Made by a program: the position numbers and the translations under genes
From: Eledone cirrhosa
Taxonomy: Eukaryota
Reading direction: 5' to 3'
Length of the DNA stretch: 64,000 nt
NCBI GenBank assembly: GCA_964016885.1
Contig: OZ024756.1
Location: forward strand, 4,588,001 to 4,652,000
Notes under the pieces: generated by a model
What the model saw: the letters and a program-made list of their open reading frames with translations, nothing else
Told to the model about the DNA's origin: nothing
Databases searched by the model: none
Shown: piece by piece, positions 33,801 to 48,600 of the stretch
How the letters are laid out: every line of letters starts with the position of its first letter
Numbering within the stretch: position 1 is the stretch's first letter

Positions 33801-35900
33801 GATATACTGGAGATATACTGGAGATATACTGGAAATATACTGGAGATATACTGAGATATACTGGAGATATACCTTAGATATACTTTAGATATACTTTAGA
33901 TATACTGGAGATATACTGGAGATATACTGGAGATTTACTGGAGATATACTGGAGATATACTGGAGATATCCTGGAGATATCCTGGAGATATACTGAAGAT
34001 ATCCTGGAGATATCCTGGAGATATACTGGGGATATACTAGAGATATACTGGAGATATACTGGGGATATACTAGAGATATACTGAGATATACTGGAGATTT
34101 ACTGGAGATATACTGGAGATATACTGGATATATACTGGAGATATCCTGCAGATATCCTGGAGATACACTGGAGATATACTGGAGATATACTGGAGATATA
34201 TTGTTGATATACTTAGATATACTGGAGATATGCTGGAGATATACTGGATATATACTAGAGATATACTGGAGATATACTGGTTACATACTAGAGATATACT
34301 GGAGATATCCTGGAGATACACTGGAGATATACTGGAGATATACTGGAGATATATTGTTGATATATTTAGATATACTGGAGATATACTGGAGATATACTGG
34401 ATATATACTAGAGATATACTGGAGATATACTGGAGATATACTGGAGATATACTGGAGATATACTGGAGATATGCTGGAGATATGCTGGAGATATCCTGGA
34501 GATATACTGGAGATATACTGGAGATATAGTGGGGATATACTGGAGATATACTGAGATATACTGTAGATATACTGGAGATATACTGGAGATATACTGGAGA
34601 TATACTGGAGATATACTGGGGATATAATGGAGATATACTGAGATATACTGTAGATATCCGAGAGATAAACTGGAGATATACTGGAGATATGCTGGAGATA
34701 TACTGGTGATATACTGGAGATATCCTGGAGATATACCGGAGATATGCTGGAGATATACTGGTGATATACTGGAGATATCCTGGAGATATACTAGAGATAT
34801 ACTGGGGATATAATGGAGATATACTGAGATATACTTCAGATATCAGAGAGATATACTGGAGATATCCTGGAGATATACAGGAGATATACTGGAGATATCC
34901 TGGAGATATACTGGAGATATCCTGGAGATATACTGTAGATATCCTGGAGATATACTGGGGATATACTGGAGATATACTGAGATATACTGTAGATATCCGA
35001 GAGATATACTGGAGATAAACTGGAGATATACTGGAGATATACTGGAGATATACTGGAGATATACTGGAGATATACTGGGGATATAATGGAGATATACTGA
35101 GATATAATGTAGATATCCGAGAGATAAACTGGAGATATACTGGAGATATGCTGGAGATATACTGGTGATATACTGGAGATACCCTGGAAATATACTGGAG
35201 ATATACTGGGGATATAATGGAGATATACTGAGATATACTTCAGATATCCGAGAGATATACTGGAGATATCCTGGAGATATACTTGAGATATACTGGGGAT
35301 ATACTTGGGATATAATGGAGATATACTGAGATATACTGTAGATATCCGAGAGATATACTGGAGATATGCTGGAGATATACTGGAGATATACTGGAGATAT
35401 ACTGGAGATATCCTGGAGATATACTGGAGATATACTGGGGATATAATGGAGATATACTGAGATATACTGTAGATATCCGAGAGATATACTGGAGATATAC
35501 TGGAGATATACTGGAGATATACTGGAGATATACTGGAGATATACTGTAGATATACTGGAGATATACTGGAGATATACTGGAGATATACTGGAGATATACT
35601 GGAGATATACTGGAGATATACTGGAGATATACTGGAGATATACTGAGATATACTGGGGATATACTTTAGATATACTGCAGATATACTGGAGATATACTGG
35701 AGATATACTGGAGATGTAGTAGAGATAAACTGGATATAAACTGGAGATATACTGGAGATATACTGGAGATATACTGGAGATATACTGGAGATATACTGGA
35801 GATATACTGGAGATATACTGGAGATATACTGGAGATATACTGGGGATATACTGGAGATATACTGGAGATATACTGGGGATATACTGGAGATATACTGGAG
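30400..35900 (+). repeat. Diverged duplication, offset about 3.1 kb
   Basis: Near-identical ORF translations at 30475/33578, 30978/34070 and 31614/34761 (offsets 3092-3147). Both copies share the TAGTGGGG and CTTCAGATATCAGAGAG variants. Confidence 0.7.
31930..32454 (+). repeat. Representative run of the 131-bp (12-monomer) higher-order repeat
   Basis: The cassette GGGGATATAATGGAGATATACTGAGATATACTGTAGATATCCGAGAG (or a variant) starts at 31930, 32061, 32192 and 32323. It also starts at 2951, 3082, 3213 and 3355. Confidence 0.85.
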
Positions 35901-36699
35901 ATATACTGGAGATATACTGGAGATATACTGGAGACATACTGGAGATATACTGGAGATATACTGAGATATACTGGGGATATACTTTAGATATACTTTAGAT
36001 ATACTGCAGATATACTTGAGATATACTGGAGATATATTGGAGATTTACTGGGGATATACTAGAGATATACTGAGATATACTGGAGATATACTGGAGATAT
36101 ACTGTAGATGTAGTAGAGATATCCTGGAGATATACTGGAGATATACTGGAGATATACTGGAGATATACTGGAGATATACTGGAGATATACTGGAGATATA
36201 CTGTAGATGTAGTAGAGATAAACTGGAGATATACTGGAAATATACTGGAGATATACTGAGATATACTGGAGATATACCTTAGATATACTTTAGATATACT
36301 GCAGATATACTGGAGATATACTGGAGATATACTGGAGATTTACTGGAGATATACTGGAGATATACTGGAGATATCCTGGAGATATCCTGGAGATATACTG
36401 AAGATATCCTGGAGATATCCTGGAGATATACTGGGGATATACTAGAGATATACTGGAGATATACTGGGGATATACTAGAGATATACTGAGATATACTGGA
36501 GATTTACTGGAGATATACTGGAGATATACTGGAGATATACTGGAGATATCCTGGAGATATCCTGGAGATACACTGGAGATATACTGGAGATATTCTGGAG
36601 ATATATTGTTGATATGCGTAGATATACTGGAGATATACTGGAGATATACTGGATATATACTAGAGATATACTGGAGATATACTGGTTATATACTAGAGA

Positions 36700-39600
36700 T
36701 ATACTGGAGATATACTGGAGATATACTGGAGATATACTGGAGATATACCTGAGATATACTGGAGATATACTGGAGATATACTGGAGATATGCTGGAGATA
36801 TCCTGGAGATATACTGTAGATATACTGGAGATATACTGGGGATATACTGGAGATATACTGAGATATACTGTAGATATCCGAGAGATATACTGGAGTTATA
36901 CTGGAGATATACTGGAGATATACTGGAGATATACTGGAGATATACTGGGGATATAATGGAGATATACTGAGATATACTGTAGATATCCGAGAGATAAACT
37001 GGAGATATACTGGAGATATGCTGGAGATATACTGGTGATATACTGGAGATATCCTGGAGATATGCTGGAGATATACTGGGGATATAATGGAGATATACTG
37101 AGATATACTTTAGATATCCGAGAGATATACTGGAGATATCCTGGAAATATACAGGAGATATACTGGAGATATCCTGGAGATATACTGGAGATATACTGGA
37201 GATATACTGGGGATAAAATGGAGATATACTGAGATATACTGTAGATATCCGAGAGATATACTGGAAATATGCTGGAGATATACTGGAGATATACTGGAGA
37301 TATACTGGAGATATCCTGGAGATATACTGGAGATATACTGGAGATATACTGGGGATATAATGGAGATATACTGAGATATACTGTAGATATCCGAGAGATA
37401 TACTGGAGATATACTGGAGATATACTGGAGATATAGTAGAGATAAACTGGAGATATCCTGGAGATTTACTGGAGATATACTGGAGATTTACTGGAGATAT
37501 ACTGGAGATATACTGGAGATATCCTTGAGATATCTTGGAGATATACTGGAGCTATACTGGAGATATACTGGAGATATACTGGAGATGTAGTAGAGATAAA
37601 CTGGAGATATCCTGGAGATATACAGGAGATATACTGGAGATATGCTGGAGATATACTGGAGATATCCTGGAGATATACTGTAGATATACTGGAGATATAC
37701 TGGGGATATACTGGAGATATACTGAGATATACTGTAGATATCCGAGAGATATACTGGAGATATACTGGAGATATACTGGAGATATACTGGGGATATAATG
37801 GTGATATACTGAGATATACTGTAGATATCCGAGAGATAAACTGGAGATATACTGGAGATATGCTGGAGATATACTGGTGATATACTGGAGATATCCTGGA
37901 GATATACTGGAGATATACTGGGGATATAATGGAGATATACTGAGATATACTTCAGATATCCGAGAGATATACTGGAGATATCCTGGAGATATACAGGAGA
38001 TATACTGGAGATATCCTGGAGATATACTGGAGATATACTGGAGATATACTGGGGATATAATGGAGATATACTGAGATATACTGTAGATATCCGAGAGATA
38101 TACTGGAGATATACTGGAGATATACTGGAGATATACTGGAGATATACTGGAGATATACTGTAGATATACTGGAGATATACTGGAGATATACTGGAGATAT
38201 ACTGGAGATATACTGGAGATATAATGGAGATATACTGGAGATATACTGGAGATATACTGGAGATATACTGGAGATATACTGGAGATATACTGAGATATAC
38301 TGGGGATATACTTTAGATATACTGCAGATATACTGGAGATATACTGGAGATATACTGGAGATGTAGTAGAGATAAACTGGATATAAACTGGAGATATACT
38401 GGAGATATACTGGAGATATACTGGAGATATACTGGAGATATACTGGAGATATACTGGAGATATACTGGAGATATACTGGAGATATACTGGAGATATACTG
38501 GAGATATACTGGGGATATACTGGAGATATACTGGAGATATACTGGGGATATACTGGAGAGATACTGGAGATATACTGGAGATATACTGGAGATATACTGG
38601 AGATATACTGGAGATATACTGGAGATATACTGAGATATACTGGGGATATACTTTAGATATACTGCAGATATACTTGAGATATACTGGAGATATATTGGAG
38701 ATTTACTGGGGATATACTAGAGATATACTGAGATATACTGGAGATATACTGGAGATATAATGGAGATATACTGGAGATATACTGGAGATATCCTGGAGAT
38801 ATCCTGGAGATATACTGGAGATATACTGTAGATGTAGTAGAGATATCCTGGAGATATACTGGAGATATACTGGAGATATCCTGGAGATATGCTGGAGATA
38901 TACTGGGGATATAATGGAGATATACTGAGATATACTTTAGATATCCGAGAGATATACTGGAGATATCCTGGAGATATACAGGAGATATACTGGAGATATC
39001 CTGGAGATATACTGTAGATATACTGGAGATATACTGGGGATAAAATGGAGATATACTGAGATATACTGTAGATATCCGAGAGATATACTGGAGATATGCT
39101 GGAGATATACTGGAGATATACTGGAGATATACTGGAGATATCCTGGAGATATACTGGAGATATACTGGGGATATAATGGAGATATACTGAGATATACTGT
39201 AGATATCCGAGAGATATACTGGAGATATACTGGAGATATACTGGAGATATGCTGGAGATATACTGGTGATATACTGGAGATATCCTGGAGATATACTGGA
39301 GATATACTGGGGATATAATGGAGATATACTGAGATATACTTCAGATATCCGAGAGATATACTGGAGATATCCTGGAGATATACAGGAGATATACTGGAGA
39401 TATCCTGGAGATATACTGGAGATATACTGGAGATATACTGGGGATATAATGGAGATATACTGAGATATACTGTAGATATCCGAGAGATATACTGGAGATA
39501 TGCTGGAGATATACTGGAGATATACTGGAGATATACTGGAGATATCCTGGAGATATACTGGAGATATACTGGAGATATACTGGGGATATAATGGAGATAT

Positions 39601-42600
39601 ACTGAGATATACTGTAGATATCCGAGAGATATACTGGAGATATACTGGAGATATACTGGAGATATACTGGAGATATACTGGAGATATACTGGAGATATAC
39701 TGGAGATATACTGGAGATATACTGGAGATATACTGGAGATATACTGGAGATATACTGGAGATATACTGGAGATATACTGGAGATATACTGGAGATATACT
39801 GGAGATATACTGGAGATATACTGGAGATATACTGAGATCTACTGGGGATATACTTTAGATATACTGCAGATATACTGGAGATATACTGGAGATATACTGG
39901 AGATGTAGTAGAGATAAACTGGATATAAACTGGAGATATACTGGAGATATACTGGAGATATACTGGAGATATACTGGAGATATACTGGAGATATACTGGA
40001 GATATACTGGAGATATACTGGAGATATACTGGAGATATACTGGGGATATACTGGAGATATACTGGAGATATACTGGGGATATACTGGAGATATACTGGAG
40101 ATATACTGGAGATATACTGGAGATATACTGGAGATATACTGGAGATATACTGGGGATATACTTTAGATATACTGCAGATATACTGCAGATATACTTGAGA
40201 TATACTGGAGATATATTGGAGATTTACTGGGGATATACTAGAGGTATACTGAGATATACTGGAGATATACTGGAGATATACTGGAGATATACTGTAGATG
40301 TAGTAGAGATAAACTGGAGATATACTGGAAATATACTGGAGATATACTGAGATATACTGGAGATATACCTTAGATATACTTTAGATATACTGCAGATATA
40401 CTGGAGATATACTGGAGATATACTGGAGATTTACTGGAGATATACTGGAGATATACTGGAGATATCCTGGAGATATCCTGGAGATATACTGGAGATATCC
40501 TGGAGATATCCTGGAGATATACTGGGGATATACTAGAGATATACTGGAGATATACTGGGGATATACTAGAGATATACTGAGATATACTGGAGATTTACTG
40601 GAGATATACTGGAGATATACTGGAGATATACTGGAGATATCCTGGAGATATCCTGGAGATACACTGGAGATATACTGGAGATATTCTGGAGATATATTGT
40701 TGATATACTTAGATATACTGGAGATATACTGGAGATATACTGGATATATACTAGAGATATACTGGAGATATACTGGTTATATACTAGAGATATACTGGAG
40801 ATATACTGGAGATATACTGGAGATATACCTGAGATATACTGGAGATATACTGGAGATATACTGGAGATATGCTGGAGATATCCTGGAGATATACTGTAGA
40901 TATACTGGAGATATACTGGGGATATACTGGAGATATACTGAGATATACTGTAGATATCCGAGAGATATACTGGAGATATACTGGAGATATACTGGAGATA
41001 TACTGGGGATATACTGGAGATATACTTGAGATATCCTGGAGATATCCTGGAGATATCCTGGAGATATACTGAAGATATCCTGGAGATATCCTGGAGATAT
41101 ACTGGGGATATACTAGAGATATACGGAGATATACTGGAGATATACTGGAGATATACTGGAGATATACTGGAGATATCCTGGAGATATCCTGGAGATATAC
41201 TGGAGATATACTGGAGATATACTGTAGATGTAGTAGAGATATCCTGGAGATATACTGGAGATATACTGGAGATGTAGTAGAGATAAACTGGAGATATACT
41301 GGAAATATACTGGAGATATACTGAGATATACTGGAGATATACCTTAGATATACTTTAGATATACTTTAGATATACTTTAGATATACTGGAGATATACTGG
41401 AGATATACTGGAGATTTACTGGAGATATACTGGAGATATACTGGAGATATCCTGGAGATATCCTGGAGATATACTGAAGATATCCTGGAGATATCCTGGA
41501 GATATACTGGGGATATACTAGAGATATACTGGAGATATACTGGGGATATACTAGAGATATACTGAGATATACTGGAGATTTACTGGAGATATACTGGAGA
41601 TATACTGGATATATACTGGAGATATCCTGGAGATATCCTGGAGATACACTGGAGATATACTGGAGATATACTGGAGATATATTGTTGATATACTTAGATA
41701 TACTGGAGATATGCTGGAGATATACTGGATATATACTAGAGATATACTGGAGATATACTGGTTACATACTAGAGATATACAGGAGATATCCTGGAGATAC
41801 ACTGGAGATATACTGGAGATATACTGGAGATATATTGTTGATATACTTAGATATACTGGAGATATACTGGAGATATACTGGATATATACTAGAGATATAC
41901 TGGAGATATACTGGAGATATACTGGAGATATACTGGAGATATACTGGAGATATGCTGGAGATATGCTGGAGATATCCTGGAGATATACTGTAGATATACT
42001 GGAGATATAGTGGGGATATACTGGAGATATACTGAGATATACTGTAGATATCCGAGAGATATACTGGAGATATACTGGAGATATAGTGGAGATATACTGG
42101 AGATATACTGGAGATATACTGGGGATATAATGGAGATATACTGAGATATACTGTAGATATCCGAGAGATAAACTGGAGATATACTGGAGATATGCTGGAG
42201 ATATACTGGTGATATACTGGAGATATCCTGGAGATATACTGGAGATATACTGGGGATATAATGGAGATATACTGAGATATACTTCAGATATCAGAGAGAT
42301 ATACTGGAGATATCCTGGAGATATACAGGAGATATACTGGAGATATCCTGGAGATATACTGGAGATATCCTGGAGATATACTGTAGATATACTGGAGATA
42401 TACTGGGGATATACTGGAGATATACTGAGATATACTGTAGATATCCGAGAGATATACTGGAGATATACTGGAGATATACTGGAGATATACTGGAGATATA
42501 CTGGAGATATACTGGGGATATAATGGAGATATACTGAGATATACTGTAGATATCCGAGAGATAAACTGGAGATATACTGGAGATATGCTGGAGATATACT

Positions 42601-45600
42601 GGTGATATACTGGAGATATCCTGGAGATATACTGGAGATATACTGGGGATATAATGGAGATATACTGAGATATACTTCAGATATCCGAGAGATATACTGG
42701 AGATATCCTGGAGATATACAGGAGATATACTGGAGATATCCTGGAGATATACTCTAGATATACTGGAGATATACTGGGGATATAATGGAGATATACTGAG
42801 ATATACTGTAGATATCCGAGACATATACTGGAGATATGCTGGAGATATACTGGAGATATACTGGAGATATACTGGAGATATCCTGGAGATACACTGGATA
42901 TATACTGGAGATATACTGGGGATATAATGGAGATATACTGAGATATACTGTAGATATCCGAGAGATATACTGGAGATATACTGGAGATATACTGGAGATA
43001 TACTGGAGATATACTGTAGATATACTGGAGATATACTGGAGATATACTGGAGATATACTGGAGATATACTGGAGATATACTGGAGATATACTGGAGATAT
43101 ACTGGAGATATACTGGAGATATACTGGACATATACTGGAGATATACTGGAGATATACTGAGATATACTGGGGATATACTTTAGATATACTGCAGATATAC
43201 TGGAGATATACTGGAGATATACTGGAGATGTAGTAGAGATAAACTGGATATAAACTGGAGATATACTGGAGATATACTGGAGATATACTGGAGATATACT
43301 GGAGATATACTGGAGATATACTGGAGATATACTGGAGATATACTGGGGATATACTGGAGATATACTGGAGATATACTGGGGATATACTGGAGATATACTG
43401 GAGATATACTGGAGATATACTGGAGATATACTGGAGATATACTGGAGATATACTGGAGATATACTGAGATATACTGGGGATATACTTTAGATATACTTTA
43501 GATATACTGCAGATATACTTGAGATATACTGGAGATATATTGGAGATTTACTGGGGATATACTAGAGATATACTGAGATATACTGGAGATATACTGGAGA
43601 TATACTGGAGATATACTGGAGATATACTGGAGATATCCTGGAGATATCCTGGAGATATCCTGGAGATATACTGGAGATATACTGTAGATGTAGTAGAGAT
43701 ATCCTGGAGATATACTGGAGATATACTGGAGATATACTGGAGATATACTGGAGATATACTGGAGATATACTGGAGATATACTGTAGATGTAGTAGAGATA
43801 AACTGAAGATATACTGGAAATATACTGGAGATATACTGAGATATACTGGAGATATACCTTAGATATACTTTAGATATACTGCAGATATACTGGAGATATA
43901 CTGGAGATATACTGGAGATTTACTGGAGATATACTGGAGATATACTGGAGATATCCTGGAGATATCCTGGAGATATACTGAAGATATCCTGGAGATATCC
44001 TGGAGATATACTGGGGATATACTAGAGATATACTGGAGATATACTGGGGATATACTAGAGATATACTGAGATATACTGGAGATTTACTGGAGATATACTG
44101 GAGATATACTGGAGATATACTGGAAATATCCTGGAGATATCCTGGAGATACACTGGAGATATACTGGAGATATTCTGGAGATATATTGTTGATATACTTA
44201 GATATACTGGAGATATACTGGAGATATACTGGATATATACTAGAGATATACTGGAGATATACTGGTTATATACTAGAGATATACTGGAGATATACTGGAG
44301 ATATACTGGAGATATACCTGAGATATACTGGAGATATACTGGAGATATACTGGAGAAATGCTGGAGATATCCTGGAGATATACTGTAGATATACTGGAGA
44401 TATACTGGGGATATACTGGAGATATACTGAGATATACTGTAGATATCCGAGAGATATACTGGAGATATACTGGAGATATACTGGAGATATACTGGAGATA
44501 TACTGGAGATATACTGGGGATATAATGGAGATATACTGAGATATACTGTAGATATCCGAGAGATAAACTGGAGATATACTGGAGATATGCTGGAGATATA
44601 CTGGTGATATACTGGAGATATCCTGGAGATATGCTGGAGATATACTGGGGATATAATGGAGATATACTGAGATATACTTTAGATATCCGAGAGATATACT
44701 GGAGATATCCTGGAGATATACAGGAGATATACTGGAGATATCCTGGAGATATACTGGAGATAGACTGGAGATATACTGGGGATAAAATGGAGATATACTG
44801 AGATATACTGTAGATATCCGAGAGATATACTGGAGATATGCTGGAGATATACTGGAGATATACTGGAGATATACTGGAGATATCCTGGAGATATACTGGA
44901 GATATACTGGAGATATACTGGGGATATAATGGAGATATACTGAGATATACTGTAGATATCCGAGAGATATACTGGAGATATACTGGAGATATACTGGAGA
45001 TATAGTAGAGATAAACTGCGGATATCCTGGAGATTTACTGGAGATATACTGGAGATTTACTGGAGATATACTGGAGATATACTGGAGATATCCTTGAGAT
45101 ATCTTGGAGATATACTGGAGATATACTGGAGATATACTGGAGATATACTGGAGATATACTGGAGATGTAGTAGAGATAAACTGGAGATATCCTGGAGATA
45201 TACAGGAGATATACTGGAGATATCCTGGAGATATACTGGAGATATCCTGGAGATATACTGTAGATATACTGGAGATATACTGGGGATATACTGGAGATAT
45301 ACTGAGATATACTGTAGTTATCCGAGAGATATACTGGAGATATACTGGAGATATACTGGAGATATACTGGAGATATACTGGGGATATAATGGAGATATAC
45401 TGAGATATACTGTAGATATCCGAGAGATAAACTGGAGATATACTGGAGATATGCTGGAGATATACTGGTGATATACTGGAGATATCCTGGAGATATACTG
45501 GAGATATACTGGGGATATAATGGAGATATACTGAGATATACTTCAGATATCCGAGAGATATACTGGAGATATCCTGGAGATATACAGGAGATATACTGGA

Positions 45601-48600
45601 GATATCCTGGAGATATACTGGAGATATACTGGAGATATACTTGGGATATAATGGAGATATACTGAGATATACTGTAGATATCCGAGAGATATACTGGAGA
45701 TATGCAGGAGATATACTGGAGATATACTGGAGATATACTGGAGATATACTGGAGATATCCTGGAGATATACTGGAGATATACTGGAGATATACTGGGGAT
45801 ATAATGGAGATATACTGAGATATACTGTAGATATCCGAGAGATATACTGGAGATATACTGGAGATATACTGGAGATATACTGGAGATATACTGGAGATAT
45901 ACTGTAGATATACTGGAGATATACTGGAGATATATTGGAGATATACTGGAGATATACTGGAGATATACTGGAGATATACTGGAGATATACTGGAGATATA
46001 CTGGAGATATACTGGAGATATACTGGAGATATACTGAGATATACTGGGGATATACTTTAGATATACTGCAGATATACTGGAGATATACTGGAGATATACT
46101 GGAGATGTAGTAGAGATAAACTGGATATAAACTGGAGATATACTGGAGATATACTGGAGATATACTGAGATATACTGGGGATATACTTTAGATATACTTT
46201 AGATATACTGCAGATATACTTGAGATATACTGGAGATATATTGGAGATTTACTGGGGATATACTAGAGATATACTGAGATATACTGGAGATATACTGGAG
46301 ATATACTGGAGATATACTGGAGATATCCTGGAGATATACTGTAGATGTAGTAGAGATATCCTGGAGATATACTGGAGATATACTGGAGATATACTGGAGA
46401 TATACTGGAGATATACTGGAGATATACTGTAGATGTAGTAGAGATAAACTGGAGATATACTGGAAATATACTGGAGATATACTGGAAATATACTGGAGAT
46501 ATACTGAGATATACTGGAGATATACCTTAGATATACTTTAGATATACTGCAGATATACTGGAGATATACTGGAGATATACTGGAGATTTACTGGAGATAT
46601 ACTGGAGATATACTGGAGATATCCTGGAGATATCCTGGAGATATACTGGAGATATCCTGGAGATATCCTGGAGATATACTGGGGATATACTAGAGATATA
46701 CTGGAGATAATATGGGGATATACTAGAGATATACTGAGATATACTGGAGATTTACTGGAGATATACTGGAGATATACTGGAGATATACTGGAGATATCCT
46801 GGAGATATCCTGGAGATACACTGGAGATATACTGGAGATATTCTGGAGATATATTGTTGATATACTTAGATATACTGGAGATATACTGGAGATATACTGG
46901 ATATATACTAGAGATATACTGGAGATATACTGGTTATATACTACAGATATACTGGAGATATACTGGAGATATACTGGAGATATACCTGAGATATACTGGA
47001 GATATACTGGAGATATACTGGAGATATGCTGGAGATATCCTGGAGATATACTGTAGATATACTGGAGATATACTGGGGATATACTGGAGATATACTGAGA
47101 TATACTGTAGATATCCGAGAGATATACTGGAGATATACTGGAGATATACTGGAGATATACTGGAGATATACTGGGGATATAATGGAGATATACTGAGATA
47201 TACTGTAGATATCCGAGAGATAAACTGGAGATATACTGGAGATATGCTGGAGATATACTGGTGATATACTGGAGATATCCTGGAGATATGCTGGAGATAT
47301 ACTGGGGATATAATGGAGATATACTGAGATATACTTTAGATATCCGAGAGATATACTGGAGATATCCTGGAGATATACTGTAGATATACTGGAGATATAC
47401 TGGGGATATACTGGAGATATACTGAGATATACTGTAGATATCCGAGAGATATACTGGAGTTATACTGGAGATATACTGGAGATATACTGGAGATATACTG
47501 GAGATATACTGGGGATATAATGGAGATATACTGAGATATACTGTAGATATCCGAGAGATAAACTGGAGATATACTGGAGATATGCTGGAGATATACTGGT
47601 GATATACTGGAGATATCCTGGAGATATGCTGGAGATATACTGGGGATATAATGGAGATATACTGAGATATACTTTAGATATCCGAGAGATATACTGGAGA
47701 TATCCTGGAAATATACAGGAGATATACTGGAGATATCCTGGAGATATACTGGAGATATACTGGAGATATACTGGGGATAAAATGGAGATATACTGAGATA
47801 TACTGTAGATATCCGAGAGATATACTGGAGATATGCTGGAGATATACTGGAGATATACTGGAGATATACTGGAGATATCCTGGAGATATACTGGAGATAT
47901 ACTGGAGATATACTGGGGATATAATGGAGATATACTGAGATATACTGTAGATATCCGAGAGATATACTGGAGATATACTGGAGATATACTGGAGATATAG
48001 TAGAGATAAACTGTAGATATCCTGGAGATTTACTGGAGATATACTGGAGATTTACTGGAGATATACTGGAGATATACTGGAGATATCCTTGAGATATCTT
48101 GGAGATATACTGGAGCTATACTGGAGATATACTGGAGATATACTGGAGATGTAGTAGAGATAAACTGGAGATATCCTGGAGATATACAGGAGATATACTG
48201 GAGATATGCTGGAGATATACTGGAGATATCCTGGAGATATACTGTAGATATACTGGAGATATACTGGGGATATACTGGAGATATACTGAGATATACTGTA
48301 GATATCCGAGAGATATACTGGAGATATACTGGAGATATACTGGAGATATACTGGAGATATACTGGGGATATAATGGAGATATACTGAGATATACTGTAGA
48401 TATCCGAGAGATAAACTGGAGATATACTGGAGATATGCTGGAGATATACTGGTGATATACTGGAGATATCCTGGAGATATACTGGAGATATACTGGGGAT
48501 ATAATGGAGATATACTGAGATATACTTCAGATATCCGAGAGATATACTGGAGATATCCTGGAGATATACAGGAGATATACTGGAGATATCCTGGAGATAT

